Assembly (NCBI GenBank): GCA_029777855.1
Contig: JAKORL010000170.1
Span: 1,169 to 65,168, forward strand
Reading direction: 5' to 3'
Length of the DNA: 64,000 bases
Origin: Pseudomonadota bacterium
Lineage (GTDB): Bacteria; Pseudomonadota; Gammaproteobacteria; JAIEPX01
Both the position numbers and the translations under genes were made by a program. This document shows, one piece after another, positions 38,867 to 48,865 of this stretch (within the stretch, counting starts at the first letter, position 1; the number at the start of each line of letters is the position of its first letter). A model generated the notes under the pieces. That model ran no database searches and had not been told where the DNA came from. It saw only the letters and a program-made list of their open reading frames with translations.

Positions 38867-40075
38867 CTACAGCACTTCCGGTTGTTTCCCCACTCCCATA
38901 CTTTTCCATAGTTCTTCTGGTCGAGGTCCAGCATCGAGAAAATGATGATAAATCGCTAGAATTTCTTTTGTACATCGAACTGGATCAAACATTTTGCTGG
39001 CCAGATGACGGCCACGTTCAGCCATCACATGATATTTTTGTTGGTTATTCGCAACCTCTAAAATCGCCTCAGCTAGTAAATCAGGACGACGAATAGGAAC
39101 ATTAATTCCTGTCCGATCATGCTGCACAACTTCAGGTAGACCACCCACCTGCCCTGCAATTGTAGGTATTCCACACAACAAGGGCTCAACTACACCACCA
39201 CAATTTTCTGACAAAGGAACATGAACCGCGCAATCAAAATCAGGCCAACATAATCCTACCTCTTCTGCAGTCAATTTTCCTGGCATGAGAATCTTTCCTT
39301 TGCCTTTTTTCTCTGCTAATTCCTGCAATTTCTTTTCATACAGAGGAGATCCGGAAAATGTACCTCCAACCATGACACCCCAAATATTATCATTTTGACG
39401 CTGAGCGATGCTGATCGCTTCTATAACATCTTCATGACATTTCAACCCAACTCGATGGCCTAACAATTTCTTGGGTGGGTATATCAAATTAATATTACCC
39501 ACTACAAAAGCATGAACTGGGATATTTAATTTTTTACGAAGATAACCAGTTCTCTGATGTTTAAAGTGTGATAATTCTGTGCTGTAGTAGCTTAAAAAAA
39601 GTTTTTTCGACGGTATACCTGCGTCCAAATACAGATTATAAGTATAGCGACTGCTTGCGATCCAATAATCTAGCTTTCCAGCAGTTAAAATTTCAAAAAG
39701 TCGTGTATATTTTTGCTCTAAATGTAATGGGCCTGGCACTTGAAATAGCCGTGGAATATTAAAACGATTACCCAATGCCAATCGCAGCATGATAGTTGTT
39801 GTTACACTGTGACTATGAATTAAATCTGGGGAGATTTGCTCTACTAGCTCACGAATTTTTTTAGCTTTACCCAACATTTTCCATGGAGCTCGCACTGGCA
39901 AACTACAATCAAGAAAATGTAACTGAGCACCAGTTTGTTGCCAAGCACTGATTGCACCACCTGATGATCTGGGTAAAACAACATGAACTACTACGCCTTG
40001 TTTTATCAATTCCGCAACTTGACGCACAGCCCAAAAAGCACCATCAGATGTTTTTACAACTTGTAATATTTTCAT
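38867..40075 (-). CDS. glycosyltransferase, GT4/GT-B fold
   Basis: MKILQVVKTSDGAFW.. N-terminus. C-terminal E(x7)E-like region: PLSENCGGVVEPLLCGIPTIAGQVGGLPEVV. Start choice is uncertain (ATG 40075 vs TTG 40090). Confidence 0.75.
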   Translation of the reverse strand: MKILQVVKTSDGAFWAVRQVAELIKQGVVVHVVLPRSSGGAISAWQQTGAQLHFLDCSLPVRAPWKMLGKAKKIRELVEQISPDLIHSHSVTTTIMLRLALGNRFNIPRLFQVPGPLHLEQKYTRLFEILTAGKLDYWIASSRYTYNLYLDAGIPSKKLFLSYYSTELSHFKHQRTGYLRKKLNIPVHAFVVGNINLIYPPKKLLGHRVGLKCHEDVIEAISIAQRQNDNIWGVMVGGTFSGSPLYEKKLQELAEKKGKGKILMPGKLTAEEVGLCWPDFDCAVHVPLSENCGGVVEPLLCGIPTIAGQVGGLPEVVQHDRTGINVPIRRPDLLAEAILEVANNQQKYHVMAERGRHLASKMFDPVRCTKEILAIYHHFLDAGPRPEELWKSMGVGKQPEVL

Positions 40076-40246
40076 TTCTATAATCTTCAAACCGTGGAAA
40101 ATCCTTAATACCTGTATAATTTTTTACTACTTCAGGCCATTCATGACAACTATGATCAGTCACCGATTTCTTATGTGCCTCAAGACTATCAATTTGTGGT
40201 ATGTTAACATTCATATGTATATCCTCTGTTAAAGTGGTATAACATA

Positions 40247-42031
40247 TTATACTCCATCACCTTCAAGCTCAGCCCATCTATCATAAGCAGTCTTAATATC
40301 CGACTCAATCTGAGTGAGTTCTTGTTGAATACCAGGAAGTTCATCGCCATGATCCTTATAAAAATTAGCATCAGCTAATTTCTCGTGCAATTCTTGCTGT
40401 CTTTTTTCCATTTTTTCAATTTTTTTCGTGAGTGTGTCTAATTCACGGCGATCTTTGTAACTCATTTTAGAGGAGACATTTTCCGTCACTTCTTTTTTGG
40501 CAGGGCTTTCTTCTCGTACTGATTTTTTAGACTCATCGTAGGCTTTTTGTCGCAGCCAATCATCATAGCCACCGATGTATTCACCCACACGTCCATCACC
40601 TTCCATCACCAAAGTACTGGTTACAATATTATTCAAGAAAGCTCGATCATGACTCACCAACAATAATGTACCTTGATAATTCATTAATTGTTCTTCAAGA
40701 AGTTCTAAGGTTTCTACATCTAAATCGTTTGTAGGTTCATCCAACACTAATACGTTGCTGGGTTTTAAAAATAATTTCGCCAACATCACTCGATTTCGCT
40801 CTCCGCCCGATAATACTCTCAAGGGTGTTCTTGCCCTCTCAGGTGAAAAAAGAAAATCCTGCAAATAACTGATAATGTGTTTTTTTTGATCGCCGATTGT
40901 GACTGATTCACTACCTGATCCCACATTTTCTTGAACTGTTTTACTCCCATCCAATTCAACTTGCGTTTGATCTGAGTAGGCAATGCTAAGATTTGTACCT
41001 AATTTGATGGTTCCTTGAGACGGTGATAGACGACCCAGTAATAAATTTAATAAGGTTGATTTTCACGATCCATTAGGACCGATTATGCCAATTTTATCTC
41101 CACGCAATATCACCGTCGAAAAACTTTTAATGATATCAACAGTATCATAACTATAACTAACCTTATCAACTTCAAAAACTATTTTACCCGATTGCTCAAT
41201 GCCGTGTTGAGCGAAACTTACATTCCCCTGCCGAGTTCGTCGTTTTTTTCTTTCTTCTCGCATTTTCTCTAAAGCTCGTACTCGCCCCTCATTGCGCGTG
41301 CGTCTAGCCTTAATACCCTGGCGTATCCATATTTCTTCATTAGCCAGTTTTTTATCAAACAACGCATGGGATTTTGCTTCGGTCTGTAAAACGACTTCTT
41401 TATTCTTCAAATAATCTTCGTAACGGCCTCGCCAGCTATATAATTGCCCATTATCAATTTCAACAATATGCGTTGCTAAATTTTGCATTAAAACTCTATC
41501 GTGTGTCACAAAAATAATGGTTTGCGAGGTATTTAATAAAAATTTTTCAAGCCACATGATTGCATCGATATCAAGATGGTTGGTAGGCTCATCTAATAGT
41601 AATACATCAGGCTCAATAACTAAGGCTTGGGCTAATAGCACACGTCGTTTTAATCCGCCGGATAATTGATCAAAATTGTCATCGCGCGGTAAATTTAATT
41701 GGGTTATGACTTTTTCGATTCGATGTTGATGTTCCCAATCCTCTAAATGCAATCCTTCAAGCGCTTCTGCTACGACTTCATATACCGTTTTTTTTAAGCC
41801 TTGTGGAATTGTCTGCGATAAAAACGCTAATCTGAGCGAGCCTTCACTTTCTATTACTCCATCATCAGGTGTAATTTGACCATAAATCATTCGCATCAGC
41901 GTTGTTTTTCCCGCGCCGTTACGACCAATCAGGCAGACTCGTTCTCCGCGTTCAATAGTTAGATTACCTTTTTCAATTAAAGGCAAACCACCATGACCAA
42001 GGGTAATATTTCTTAAACTAATTTGTGGCAT
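40247..42031 (-). pseudogene. uup: ABC-F ATPase (Uup-like) interrupted by one in-frame TGA in the second Walker A
   Basis: The two ORF-track pieces (41063..42031 and 40247..40954) share a frame. The sequence across the break reads GIIGPNGS-TGA-KSTLLNLLLGRLSPSQGTIKLGT, so the stop (41063..41065) occupies the Gly codon of GxxGxGKS. Line-boundary reading was ambiguous for me, so I rely on ORF-track frame arithmetic. Confidence 0.7.
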
Positions 42032-42035
42032 AATT

Positions 42036-43154
42036 TTATGATCGTTTTTCTAGAGGCACATAAGGCCGAGAAGAAGGTCCTGTGTACTCAGCAACAGGTC
42101 GAATTAATTTTCCTAACTCACGTTGTTCGATAATATGAGCAGCCCAGCCAGCTGTACGTGAAAACACAAACAACGGCGTAAACATCAACGTTGGGACATT
42201 ACAAAAATGATAAGCGAGCGCGCTATAAAAATCTAAGTTTGGAAATAAATGTTTTTCACGTTGCATCACTTGATCGATGCGTTCAGCAATAGAAAATAAA
42301 TTCGTATCTCCCACTGAATCGGCTAATAATTTAGCCCAATTTTTAATCACGTCTGAACGAGGATCGGATGTTCGATACACTCGGTGTCCAAATCCCATCA
42401 CTAATTCTTTATGAGCTAGCATTTCAAGAACACCCTCTTCGGCTTCTTCTGGTGTTTTAAATCGTTCGATTAATTCCATCGCGGCTTCATTGGCCCCGCC
42501 GTGTAATGGTCCTCGTAAAGTGCCTATAGCCGAACAAATGGCCGAATAAAAATCTGAACCTGTGGAGGTTGTAACGCGGGCGGCAAAAGTGGAAGCATTA
42601 AATTCATGTTCAGCGTATAAAACTAATGAGACATTGATGACTTGACGCAATAAAGCTTCCGGTGTATTACCATGCAACATCTCTAGAAAATAACTGGCAA
42701 GTGATTCATTACTCAATTGCGTCTCAATACGCACGCCATCTTTATGAAAACGATACCAATAGCACAACATAGCTGGAAATAAAGCAATTAGTCGATCACA
42801 AACATCAAGCTGTGTATGCTCATGAGTTTCTGGTTCTACTGTTCCTAAAAATGAACATCCCGTTCGCAAAATATCCATGGGATTAGAGGACGCTGACATG
42901 AGTTCTAACAAAGTTTTCAGTGAATCCGGTAGACTTCTCAAACTGAGTAATTTTTTCTGATACGCAGTAAATTCTTGTTGTGTGGGTAATTTACCTCGTG
43001 TTAGTAAGTAAGCGACTTCTTCAAACGTAGCATGTTCCGCTAAAGCATTAATTGAATAACCTCGGTAATTAAGCCCCATTCCTTCTTTACCGACACTACT
43101 AATTGCTGTTTCGCCTGCAATAATTCCCGCTAATCCCGCACTTGGTGTTGACAT
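42036..43154 (-). CDS. prpC: 2-methylcitrate synthase
   Basis: 372-aa citrate-synthase family protein (..GFGHRVY.., ..LYAEHEFNAST..), immediately downstream of prpB. Confidence 0.85.
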   Translation of the reverse strand: MSTPSAGLAGIIAGETAISSVGKEGMGLNYRGYSINALAEHATFEEVAYLLTRGKLPTQQEFTAYQKKLLSLRSLPDSLKTLLELMSASSNPMDILRTGCSFLGTVEPETHEHTQLDVCDRLIALFPAMLCYWYRFHKDGVRIETQLSNESLASYFLEMLHGNTPEALLRQVINVSLVLYAEHEFNASTFAARVTTSTGSDFYSAICSAIGTLRGPLHGGANEAAMELIERFKTPEEAEEGVLEMLAHKELVMGFGHRVYRTSDPRSDVIKNWAKLLADSVGDTNLFSIAERIDQVMQREKHLFPNLDFYSALAYHFCNVPTLMFTPLFVFSRTAGWAAHIIEQRELGKLIRPVAEYTGPSSRPYVPLEKRS

Positions 43155-43167
43155 AAATGTACTCCAG

Positions 43168-44019
43168 TTAGTTCAAAACACTTTCTTGTTGACGATAACT
43201 CAAAATCTCATACAGCTCATCTCGCGTTTGCATATTTTCAACCATCGATTTCTGCGTGCCTTCTTCTCGTATTGCTGAAAATACGTTTTGTGCCGCTAAA
43301 TTCATGGCTCTAAATGCACTCAATGGATACAATGCCATACTGACACCCACTGATTTTAATTCTTGAACTGTAAATAAAGGTGTTTGCCCAAATTCAGTAA
43401 TATTGGCAAGCACAGGGACGCCCACAGCATCAACGACTAATTTATAGTCTTCTAATTTTGTGATGGCTTCAGCAAAAATCATTTCCGCACCTGCGGCAAC
43501 ATACGTTTTAGCGCGATTAATTGCCGCGTCTAATCCTTCAACATTGGCAGCATCTGTGCGTGCCATAATTACAAAAGCATGATCTGATTTTGCAGCAACT
43601 GCTGCTTGAATTCGCGCAGCCATCTCATCACTATCCACTAATTTTTTTCCAGGACGATGCCCACAGCGTTTATTTTCAGATTGATCTTCAATATGCAATC
43701 CTGCGGCACCAGCCTGAATGAGCTCTCTCACAGTTCGGCCAATACTGATGGCATTTCCCCAACCCGTGTCAGCATCGACTAAAAGTGGTAATGTGGTTGC
43801 AGCGGTTATGCGTCGCACTTCAGTGACTACATCGGTCAAATTAGTCACCGCCAAGTCCGGCAAGGCAAAATTCGCGTTTGCTACACCTGCACCTGATAAA
43901 TAAAGTGCTTTAAATCCAGCGTTTTCTGCAAGTTTTGCAGCATAGGCATTGATAACACCTACAATTTGTAATGGAGCCTCCGAAACAAGAGCTTGTCTAA
44001 AACGAGTACCTGCACTCAT
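43168..44019 (-). CDS. prpB: methylisocitrate lyase
   Basis: 283 aa of the PEP mutase/isocitrate lyase superfamily (..[10 protein letters not shown].., ..HIEDQ..KRCGH..). Confidence 0.88.
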   Translation of the reverse strand: MSAGTRFRQALVSEAPLQIVGVINAYAAKLAENAGFKALYLSGAGVANANFALPDLAVTNLTDVVTEVRRITAATTLPLLVDADTGWGNAISIGRTVRELIQAGAAGLHIEDQSENKRCGHRPGKKLVDSDEMAARIQAAVAAKSDHAFVIMARTDAANVEGLDAAINRAKTYVAAGAEMIFAEAITKLEDYKLVVDAVGVPVLANITEFGQTPLFTVQELKSVGVSMALYPLSAFRAMNLAAQNVFSAIREEGTQKSMVENMQTRDELYEILSYRQQESVLN

Positions 44020-45704
44020 ACCCCCTCCTCGTCTCTCAATACACGCCGTAAAACTTTTCCCACGTTGCTTTTAGGAAGCGTATCCCTAAAAACAATATCA
44101 TGAGGTCTCTTATAACCCGTAAGATTATCATGACAATAAGCCATAATCTCCTCTACTGTTACATCTGAATTTTTTCTAACAATATAGGCCTTAACACGTT
44201 CACCTGTGGATTTATCCGGAATTCCAATGACTGCCGCTTCAGAAATTCCTGGATGCATCGTTAAGACATCTTCCACTTCATTGGGATATACTTTAAAACC
44301 AGATACAGAAATTAATTCTTTTTTACGATCAACGAGCCTTAAATAACCTTGATTATCGAATTTTCCAAGATCACCTGTTTTTAACCAGCCTTCATCATTT
44401 AAAACATTTGCTGTTTCAGCAGGATTTTTCCAATAGCCCAACATAACTTGCGGACCTTTTACGCAGATTTCTCCGGTTTCCCCAACCGGCAAAGATTTTC
44501 CTTGATCATCTCTGATTTCAACTTGCGTTGCAGCAACAGGTTTACCGATTGTACCAGTGTAATGCTGAATAGAAATTGGATTAATCGAAACAACTGGACA
44601 AGTTTCCGTCAAACCATAGCCATCAATAATGACATGTTTTGTAACCTTTTCCCATTCTTCAGAGACCGCTTGTCGAGTCGCCATTCCGCCACCCACTGTA
44701 AAATTCAAATGAGAAAATGCCAGTGATCTAAATTCTTTGTTTGATAATAAAGCAACAAATAAGGTATTTAATCCTGTTAACATTGTGATTGGATACTGAC
44801 GAAACAGTTTAGGATAAACAGAAATATCTCGAGGATCTGTGATTAAGATCACATGCCCACCGGTTGTATAAATCGTAAAAACATTAATCATTAAGGCAAA
44901 AATATGATACAGGGGTAAAGGATTCAATGCTGTTTTACTAAACTCAAATAACTTGTCACCCGCCCAAACACGTGTTTGCCAAACGTTAGCACACATATTG
45001 GCATGAGCTAACATCGCTCCTTTTGCTACACCAGTGGTACCACCCGTGTATTGCAAAAATGCGATGTCGCTTGCAAAAACCTCGACACGATTAAACGTAG
45101 ATTTGTTACCCAATGCTAAGGCTTTTTTAAATGACACAGCATTTGGAATGCGATACGGGCGTATTAAACGTCTGATATATTTTAATACCAGATTAACGAT
45201 TGTTCCTTTCACGGAACCAAGCAAATCACCTAATTCAGTGATCACTACATTTTTAATGCTGGTTTGATTTAGCGCTTCAGATAATGTAGCTGCACTCATC
45301 GACATAATAATAATTGTTTCGCACTCAGCGTCATTGACTTGGTGTTGTAATTCCCGCGGTTTATACATAGGATTAATATTCACCGCAATAGCGCCTATTC
45401 GCAAAATAGCATGCAGCGCAACACAATATTGCAAACAATTAGGCATCATAATTGCGACACGATCACCTTTTTTAATATGAAAATTATTTTGTAAAAAGCT
45501 TGCGAATTGTGTTGATAGCTCACCTATTTCACGATAAGTGAGATCTTTCCCCATATTGGAAAGTGCGACTTTATTCGCATATTGAGTGTAACCACTTTCA
45601 AAAAGTTCAACCAACGTGAGATAAGCTCCGTTACGTTGATTGATTTTTTGCAACTCGATCCATTCTTTCACTGAAAGGCTGTCAGAAGCGTCCTTCATTG
45701 CCAT
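44016..45704 (-). CDS. AMP-dependent acyl-CoA ligase (FadD-like), first gene of the prpBC operon
   Basis: 562 aa. AMP-binding motif [14 protein letters not shown], and GYGLTE. Its stop overlaps the prpB start (ATGA at 44016..44019). Confidence 0.8.
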   Translation of the reverse strand: MAMKDASDSLSVKEWIELQKINQRNGAYLTLVELFESGYTQYANKVALSNMGKDLTYREIGELSTQFASFLQNNFHIKKGDRVAIMMPNCLQYCVALHAILRIGAIAVNINPMYKPRELQHQVNDAECETIIIMSMSAATLSEALNQTSIKNVVITELGDLLGSVKGTIVNLVLKYIRRLIRPYRIPNAVSFKKALALGNKSTFNRVEVFASDIAFLQYTGGTTGVAKGAMLAHANMCANVWQTRVWAGDKLFEFSKTALNPLPLYHIFALMINVFTIYTTGGHVILITDPRDISVYPKLFRQYPITMLTGLNTLFVALLSNKEFRSLAFSHLNFTVGGGMATRQAVSEEWEKVTKHVIIDGYGLTETCPVVSINPISIQHYTGTIGKPVAATQVEIRDDQGKSLPVGETGEICVKGPQVMLGYWKNPAETANVLNDEGWLKTGDLGKFDNQGYLRLVDRKKELISVSGFKVYPNEVEDVLTMHPGISEAAVIGIPDKSTGERVKAYIVRKNSDVTVEEIMAYCHDNLTGYKRPHDIVFRDTLPKSNVGKVLRRVLRDEEGV

Positions 45705-45888
45705 GTCCTCTCTTCACTAGATTGCATTTGGAGTAAAGTGTGTGAGAATATATGCATTTAGTGGCGTAATCAACAACAGGTGTCAACCAAAATCCACCAT
45801 TAAATATCGTAGCCAAAAGGCTTTATATTCAACGCACTAGGCTTGTGTAGTCGATGTTTGATAGTGAGTTTTGGTCAATGAGGAAAGC

Positions 45889-46674
45889 ATGGCAGCACAA
45901 TTAAAATCAGCGCAAACCCAGAAAACGGGCGCTTTTGGACTCAAAGGGAATCTTTTGACCCTCACCGTGATGCAATTGTATCAAGCTGATATTGATGCTA
46001 TCAGGCAGCAATTACAAACTACAGTCTCTAAAACACCCAAATTTTTCACAAACATGCCCATCGTGATCGATTGTCAACATTTGGTAAACCACGCGGAACC
46101 CATTGATTTTAATAGAATTATTCACCTATTGCGTGAATTTCATTTAATTCCTGTAGGGGTGAGTAATGGAACACCAGAGCAACTTGAATCGGCTAATTTG
46201 TCTGGTTTAGGCACTATGTCCCAGATAAAAAAAGAAGAGTCTATTAGCGCTGCAACAAAATCCACTGCACCAAGTACTACACAAGAGCCATCCTCTCAAA
46301 CCCGCTCCCGATCTGCATCCAAAACAGCTGAACCTTCCAGTTCAAATTCTAAAATTATTCTAAATCCGATTCGATCAGGCCAGCAGGTTTATGCAAAAGG
46401 ATCCGACTTGATTATTATAGCTCCTGTCAGTGCTGGCGCAGAAATTCTAGCCGATGGGAATATCCACATTTATGGAACATTACGTGGTCGAGCATTAGCG
46501 GGGGTACAAGGTGATAAAAATGCCCGAATTTTTTGTCATGATCTTCAAGCTGAAATTATTTCCATCGCTGGGCTTTACAAACTACAAGATGATATTGATG
46601 CAGCGAGTAGAAACACACCCGTCCAAATTTTTATTCAAGATGATCAGCTTAAAATTGCAGCGTTGTCGACCTAA
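45889..46674 (+). CDS. minC: septum site-determining protein MinC
   Basis: C-terminal beta-helix region VRSGQQVYAKGSDLIIIAPVSAGAEILADGNIHIYGTLRGRALAG. ATG at 45889 follows GAGGAA. Confidence 0.88.
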   Translation: MAAQLKSAQTQKTGAFGLKGNLLTLTVMQLYQADIDAIRQQLQTTVSKTPKFFTNMPIVIDCQHLVNHAEPIDFNRIIHLLREFHLIPVGVSNGTPEQLESANLSGLGTMSQIKKEESISAATKSTAPSTTQEPSSQTRSRSASKTAEPSSSNSKIILNPIRSGQQVYAKGSDLIIIAPVSAGAEILADGNIHIYGTLRGRALAGVQGDKNARIFCHDLQAEIISIAGLYKLQDDIDAASRNTPVQIFIQDDQLKIAALST

Positions 46675-46680
46675 TCATGG

Positions 46681-46777
46681 GATGGGATCAGCTCTCACAT
46701 TGAAACTCGCTTTTCTTTGTATCTCTTATACCACACCGCAGAAGCACCGAGTTTCAATGTGAGCCCTGACCCCATCC
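46681..46777. repeat. 97-bp inverted-repeat element with GATGGGGTCAG-type termini
   Basis: GATGGGATCAGCTCTCACATTGAAACTCG ... CGAGTTTCAATGTGAGCCCTGACCCCATC. Arms are ~29 bp and imperfect, with a 39-bp centre. Confidence 0.75.
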
Positions 46778-46785
46778 GCCATTAA

Positions 46786-47049
46786 TTAATGATGATGTCC
46801 TCCATGACCACCGCCACCCCAGTGGCCACCACTACCGCCACCCCAATGGCCGCCGCCACCACCCCAGTGGTCGCCGCCGCCACCCCAGTGGCCATGATGA
46901 TCTCCGACGTCAAAATAACCTACAGAGACACCATAACTATAAGGGTAATAATAACTATCATCATACGCATATTCATAATAGCCACCCACGCAAGCGGTTA
47001 AAGATAAAGCTAATAGACTACCGATTAGAATTTTTGATACTGTTTTCAT
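46786..47049 (-). CDS. small lipoprotein with Tyr-rich middle and Gly/His/Trp repeat tail
   Basis: GAGGAG SD lies 7 nt before the ATG at 47049. Lipobox LSLTAC. The tail reads DHHGHWGGGGDHWGGGGGHWGGGSGGHWGGGGHGGHHH. Confidence 0.6.
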   Translation of the reverse strand: MKTVSKILIGSLLALSLTACVGGYYEYAYDDSYYYPYSYGVSVGYFDVGDHHGHWGGGGDHWGGGGGHWGGGSGGHWGGGGHGGHHH

Positions 47050-47271
47050 AACACCACTCCTCATTGACTAATAAAATGCATACAAATCAAAGACTTAAAT
47101 ATGTACGCGCCTTGACAAAGTCATTTCACTTCTACAGAAATTTCTTTTTAATTATAGACCATCTATGGAATTTTTGCCGCTGGTCACTTCCTGATAAATC
47201 TGCCTCTTTTTCTTCAAAACAAAACAGTGTAAGCTCCACTTTTAATATAGTGCACACTTTTAAGGGACATC

Positions 47272-48099
47272 ATGGCTAAAATTATTGTCATCACTTCAGG
47301 AAAAGGTGGCGTCGGCAAGACCACCACCAGCGCAGCATTTGCAACGGGACTCGCCATGCGAGGTTACCGCACTGTTGTCATCGACTTTGACGTGGGCTTA
47401 CGTAATCTCGATTTAATCATGGGATGTGAGCGACGTGTTGTTTATGATTTTATCAATGTAATCAATGATGAAGCGAAATTAGCTCAAGCATTGATCAAAG
47501 ACAAAAGAGTCGAAAATCTATATATTTTACCTGCTTCTCAAACGCGCGATAAAGATGCTCTCACATTGGAAGGCGTCGAACGCGTATTAACCGATTTGAG
47601 TCGAGAATTTGATTTTATCGTTTGTGATTCTCCCGCGGGTATCGAACGAGGCGCACATCTCGCAATGTACTTTGCGGATAGCGCCATTGTCGTGACGAAT
47701 CCTGAGGTCTCATCTGTTCGAGACTCTGATCGTATATTAGGGATTTTATCAAGCAAAACTCGCCGTGCAGAAAATGGCCAAGCTTCACCCAGTGAACATT
47801 TATTGCTGACTCGCTACTCACCAGAACGGGTTGTTAAAGGTGAAATGCTCAGTGTCGACGATGTACGAGAAATACTTGCAATTCCATTATTGGGCGTTAT
47901 TCCAGAATCTCAAGCGGTTCTTCGCGCTTCAAATGCAGGCATTCCCGTCATCATCGATCAAGAAAGTGATGCAGCTCAAGCCTATTCCGATGCGGTCAGT
48001 CGTTTTCTTGGCGAAAAAACCCCGTTTCGATTTATTAACCCAGAGAAAAAGAGTTTTCTTAAACGATTATTTGGGCAAAAGGAAAGGGAGGTTGCATAA
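47272..48099 (+). CDS. minD: septum site-determining ATPase MinD
   Basis: MAKIIVITSGKGGVGKTTTSAA.. (deviant Walker A), 275 aa. Confidence 0.97.
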   Translation: MAKIIVITSGKGGVGKTTTSAAFATGLAMRGYRTVVIDFDVGLRNLDLIMGCERRVVYDFINVINDEAKLAQALIKDKRVENLYILPASQTRDKDALTLEGVERVLTDLSREFDFIVCDSPAGIERGAHLAMYFADSAIVVTNPEVSSVRDSDRILGILSSKTRRAENGQASPSEHLLLTRYSPERVVKGEMLSVDDVREILAIPLLGVIPESQAVLRASNAGIPVIIDQESDAAQAYSDAVSRFLGEKTPFRFINPEKKSFLKRLFGQKEREVA

Positions 48100-48368
48100 T
48101 GAGCTTACTGGATTTATTTCGTTCTAGAAGGGAATCTTCTGCAGCCACTGCAAAAGAACGTTTACAAATTATTGTTTCGCATGAGCGTACTCGCAAACTT
48201 CGAAACAATCCCATCAACCTACAAGAGCTCAAGCAAAAATTAGTGGGTGTTATTTCACAGTACCTACACATTGATGAAAATCAATTTAGTGTACAATTAC
48301 AGCATGATGCCGATCACTCAATTTTAGAGATGAATGTTACATTACCCGATGCGGTAGATCAGCCTTAA
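48099..48368 (+). CDS. minE: cell division topological specificity factor MinE
   Basis: MSLLDLFRSRRESSAATAKERLQIIVSHER... The TAATG overlap couples it to minD. Confidence 0.95.
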   Translation: MSLLDLFRSRRESSAATAKERLQIIVSHERTRKLRNNPINLQELKQKLVGVISQYLHIDENQFSVQLQHDADHSILEMNVTLPDAVDQP

Positions 48369-48375
48369 TCAAAAT

Positions 48376-48437
48376 AAGGGGTCAAGTCTTGAAATAATAA
48401 ATACCTCGTTATTTATTATTTCAAGACTTGACCCCTT
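48376..48437. terminator. variant palindromic element acting as probable bidirectional terminator
   Basis: AAGGGGTCAAGTCTTGAAATAATAAAT-ACCTCGT-ATTTATTATTTCAAGACTTGACCCCTT, with T-rich runs on both sides, between convergent genes. Confidence 0.65.
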
Positions 48438-48445
48438 TCATTCTC

Positions 48446-48811
48446 TTAATAAGGCCACATGCACGTCTTAGCTGTCGGGCATAATTTCTTGTGAAGATTA
48501 ACGGCTAACTCTGAATTATCAGGTGTATAATATTTTGCGCGATAGCTCCAGATTCTTCTTGTTCCATCCTTACAACTATAGTCATTAGGAGAGCATGGCA
48601 CGAGTTCGTTAAATAAATAACAATCGCCGGGAGCACAATCAGGAGAAGGCGTTAAATAAAGGTTATAGCGACGTGTATCTTGAGCATATTCTTGTCCACC
48701 GCCACCTTTACACCAACCTGTAGCACAAGCGCCATAAGGCTCTTGGTCTGCAAATGCTAGACTCGCAAAACATACCGATAATCCAAAAATCCCTAAAACG
48801 ATCTTTTTCAT
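48446..48811 (-). CDS. secreted Cys-rich small protein, orphan
   Basis: Signal peptide MKKIVLGIFGLSVCFASLAFA, then 10 Cys in ~100 aa. GAGGAGG lies upstream of the ATG. Confidence 0.6.
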   Translation of the reverse strand: MKKIVLGIFGLSVCFASLAFADQEPYGACATGWCKGGGGQEYAQDTRRYNLYLTPSPDCAPGDCYLFNELVPCSPNDYSCKDGTRRIWSYRAKYYTPDNSELAVNLHKKLCPTAKTCMWPY

Positions 48812-48865
48812 AGGTCCTCCTCATTAACCTGTTAACTAAAGTCTAGCATATGCCACCTAGCTTGG

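Noticed and set aside
41063-41065. TGA in uup read as Gly (genetic code 25) or as selenocysteine
   Set aside because: TGA terminates several clearly complete genes here (bkdA1 at 56217, bkdB at 58356, the fadD-like gene at 44016). No SECIS-like hairpin is evident. A point nonsense mutation or sequencing error is the simpler explanation.
47064-47279. 71-aa plus-strand ORF in the spacer before minD
   Set aside because: It has no SD and a low-complexity translation. The region is more plausibly the minD promoter/leader.
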